Shown: piece by piece, positions 61,333 to 64,000 of the stretch
Position numbering within the stretch: position 1 is the stretch's first letter
Layout: each line of letters opens with the position of its first letter
DNA from: Camelus dromedarius
Lineage: Eukaryota
NCBI RefSeq assembly: GCF_036321535.1
Contig: NC_087437.1
Location: 112,036,001 to 112,100,000, forward strand
Length of the DNA stretch: 64,000 nt
Direction: 5' to 3'
The notes under the pieces: model-generated
Databases searched by the model: none
What the model saw: only the letters and a program-made list of their open reading frames with translations
What the model was told of the DNA's origin: nothing
Made by a program: the position numbers and the translations under genes

Positions 61333-63289
61333 ACACAGTTTTAGGAACATAACAAGAAAGCACCATTTACTCTAACCCCCTCTATCCAGAATGACGAGAT
61401 ATTGGGGTTTGTGGACATTGTGAAAATACAACACTCTGACTTCCCATCAGCTGCCAAAGAACAGCCACTATGGAGAGCTGACCTCATAGGTGCAAGTATC
61501 AACAGTGACCTCTAAGGTAACTGCAAAATCAATCAATTTCCAACAGGGGGCGGGGACCACCCTCTGTTTTCATCCCCTACTGTCCCATAGGGGCTATTCT
61601 GGTGGAACTTAACTCTCTAAGAACATGCCAATTCTATTTTCAAAGAGTCAGAACTTGAAAAGCCTTCACGGAGGAGGTGAACCCTTATGTGAGTGGACCC
61701 CAAAGATGTGATGACTGGACGTCACACAACCAGTGGTGTTTGAATGAGGTCTGCAATCCAGGGCCCCAAAGGTCAGCCCAGCACTCTAGTGAGGGGCCAG
61801 GGGTAGAGGTGACACCAACTCAACTGACAGCTCCACAAAGCAGTGGGAAAGCTTGATGGCAGCTTGTGAGGGTCACCCCTCAGCTTAGCCCCCTGAAGCC
61901 TGGGGAGCTCCTTCCTGCTCAGCTTTGGCTGGTTGACCCTCCTCTTTTAGGAGAGATTCTAGGGAGTCCAGGAGTCCCCAGTCTGGATCTCTGAAGAAAG
62001 GTCCACTGTCAACCAGCATCAGGGCAATGCTCTCAATAACTGGACAGCTGGGGAATTAAGGTGTCAAGGAGAGAGATGCACCATGTCAGCTGAGAGTTAA
62101 TGCTCTAATTCCAAGTTGGTCGTACCAGAGTAAGAGCAGGGCTCCTGGAATCAGGCAGGTCCTAGTTTGAATCCCAGCACCACCCGTTGGGTACCTGACA
62201 CCCACTACCTAACCTTGACTTTTGAAAAATTCCTACCTCTCCCAGTCACCATAAAGAGGAGCACTGGTCATGCGCATCTGTTCCTTGGTAACAAGCCAAC
62301 ACAGAACTGACCTCTAAAAGGGCTCTTTTCATTTAGTTATTCTTCCTGGACAGAAATGGGGTGGTCACATGGTGGCTGTAGGGGTAGGACTTTTTTTACA
62401 CAGATTAGAATAAAACTTTATTTTCAGCTTATCTGCTGTTCTGTCAGAACATGAATAAACAGGAAGCAGCTGTCAGGTTATGTTTTCCCGCCACAAGGTG
62501 TCATTTATTCCATTCCCATAGGCTGTAAACAGTCAGAATTTAGTGATAAGAACCATTGAAGGATGTCACCTATCATGACTCCAGTGAGCTCTTTCTATTG
62601 TATATGGTCAGGGATGGCTCAGGCCCCTGGAAATATTTTTCCTACTTAGGGTATGTAGGCAAGAATTATGCACACACAAGGGTTGGGGCTGTTTCAGTTA
62701 TATATTGTGGTAGAAAAACTACCTCCAAATGTAGTGGCTTGAAACCATCGTTTTACTATTTCTCAAGATCCTGAAGATAAGCCATTTGTTCTCAACCACC
62801 CAGAAGCACTGACAATGGGTGCACTTAGATGGTACACCCAGCCAAGGATGGAAAATGCTCCCTGGTGCAAAAGTAAACAGAAACAGTTTGCAGCATGAAA
62901 GCAATTGCTCAAGCCTGCTAACAGCCCAGGGGGAAGTCCAAAATGAGAAATGGGAGGCTGTCCGGTGTCCTGCCTCTCAGTGGGACCTGCACAAGTCCAG
63001 CAGAGCAAAGTGGAAGGTTTGGCTGCCCTCACGGCAGGCTGGAGTCGACCCCTCATGGGATTCGGCCTCCAGTAATAAAGGGAGGCTGGCTGCAGACGGG
63101 TACTGTCCGTCTGAGGCATTGGGGTAACCCTGGAAACTGGAAAGAGAGAGAATTGGGGTCAGTTACCATATCCACTGTGGATGGTTAGTTTCCCAAAAGT
63201 TGCAAAGGTATCTGTGAAAAGATGTGTGGCAAAGATCTCTATTTATGCAGCAAAACAGTCTGAAGGTGATAAAGTAACATGATGGCTGG

Positions 63290-63460
63290 GATTCATTCAT
63301 TCATTCATTCATTCATTCATTAACAAGCACTGATCTGGTATTTTATACGTCTCAGGCACAGTCCTAGGCCCTGAGAACGAAAATATGTATCATATAACCT
63401 GGGGTTGGAAAGAAGACAAAACTCACAGGGAAAGAAGTGATGGTCACCATGTCAGTGAGA
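63290..63460 (-). mobile_element. L2 3' end with (TTCA)n
   Basis: (attc)n...caggcacagtcctaggccctgaga. Confidence 0.7.
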
Positions 63461-64000
63461 AGTGGCTGGTGGGGAGTTTGGGCTGTATGCTTTGAGTGTG
63501 ATGCATGCAGTGCAAACTCAGAAGTCCGTGCACATATCCTGAAGCCACACTACTGTGGTGGCTTGGAAATAGCATTTAGGGAAGGGGTGACAGAAGAACT
63601 GTACCCCACAGGACATCCCAGGTCCTCTGGAGCAGCAGTGAGCCCCTGACCCCATCATGTTACACCAGCTGAGAGCACGTGGGGCCAGCAGCACAGGAAA
63701 CCAGGAAGAAGCCAGTGGGAGAAGCCTAGCTGGCTGGAGCCACACCCGGCATGGGAGACAACACGAAGCTACTGTCCTCGCCAAAGACAGTCTTGATCCA
63801 GGCTGGGACCCCCAGCACTGCTTTCCCAGTCCCGGCGACTCTCAGCACCCCAGGAATTTTTAGGCCTGAAGAGCGATAGCTGCCTCAATTCTTTCCCTGG
63901 TTGAAGGGCACGCAAATCCTGTGTTATCGCTGAGCGGACAAGAATCTGAAAAGGCAGGCCGAGTCCCAGCTCTGTGAAAGCAAGTGAGAACTTGCCCTAA

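Noticed and set aside
61553..62803. Scattered one-mismatch GLI-like 9-mers (GACCACCCC, GGGGTGGTC, AACCACCCA)
   Set aside because: Isolated; single-mismatch hits are expected by chance in 64 kb.
1..64000. CRISPR array, operon or defence system, or OLIG1
   Set aside because: The sequence is mammalian, has no regularly spaced repeats, and no second bHLH CDS appears in the ORF track.

Overview
Mammalian genomic DNA containing one protein-coding gene, OLIG2 (bHLH transcription factor, + strand). It has a non-coding exon 1 (~35189-35280), one intron, and an uninterrupted 323-aa CDS at 36129-37100, with poly(A) signals at ~38430-38460. The gene sits in a chain of CpG islands from ~28.9 to 43 kb. 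The rest is regulatory landscape and interspersed repeats: L1, L2, MIR, MaLR and ERV1 LTRs, hAT MERs and tRNA-Ala-derived SINEs. The SINE type and L1 3' ends point to a cetartiodactyl, probably a camelid (inference). I found no prokaryotic-type system, CRISPR array or additional gene; OLIG1 is expected beyond the right edge. The most notable observations are: (1) an exon-1 uORF whose fate depends on a CAG/TAG tandem acceptor (stop versus in-frame 53-aa N-terminal extension of OLIG2); (2) a SOX/GLI/NKX motif cluster ~31 kb upstream, positioned like the O2e33 enhancer; (3) RE1/REST-like sites upstream; (4) a perfect U1/5' splice site in the 3' UTR; (5) Gly at the reported Ser30 phosphosite; (6) a ~240-bp local duplication; (7) a 440-nt pure purine tract. 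Repeat family names come from recalled consensus features, not from a database search.
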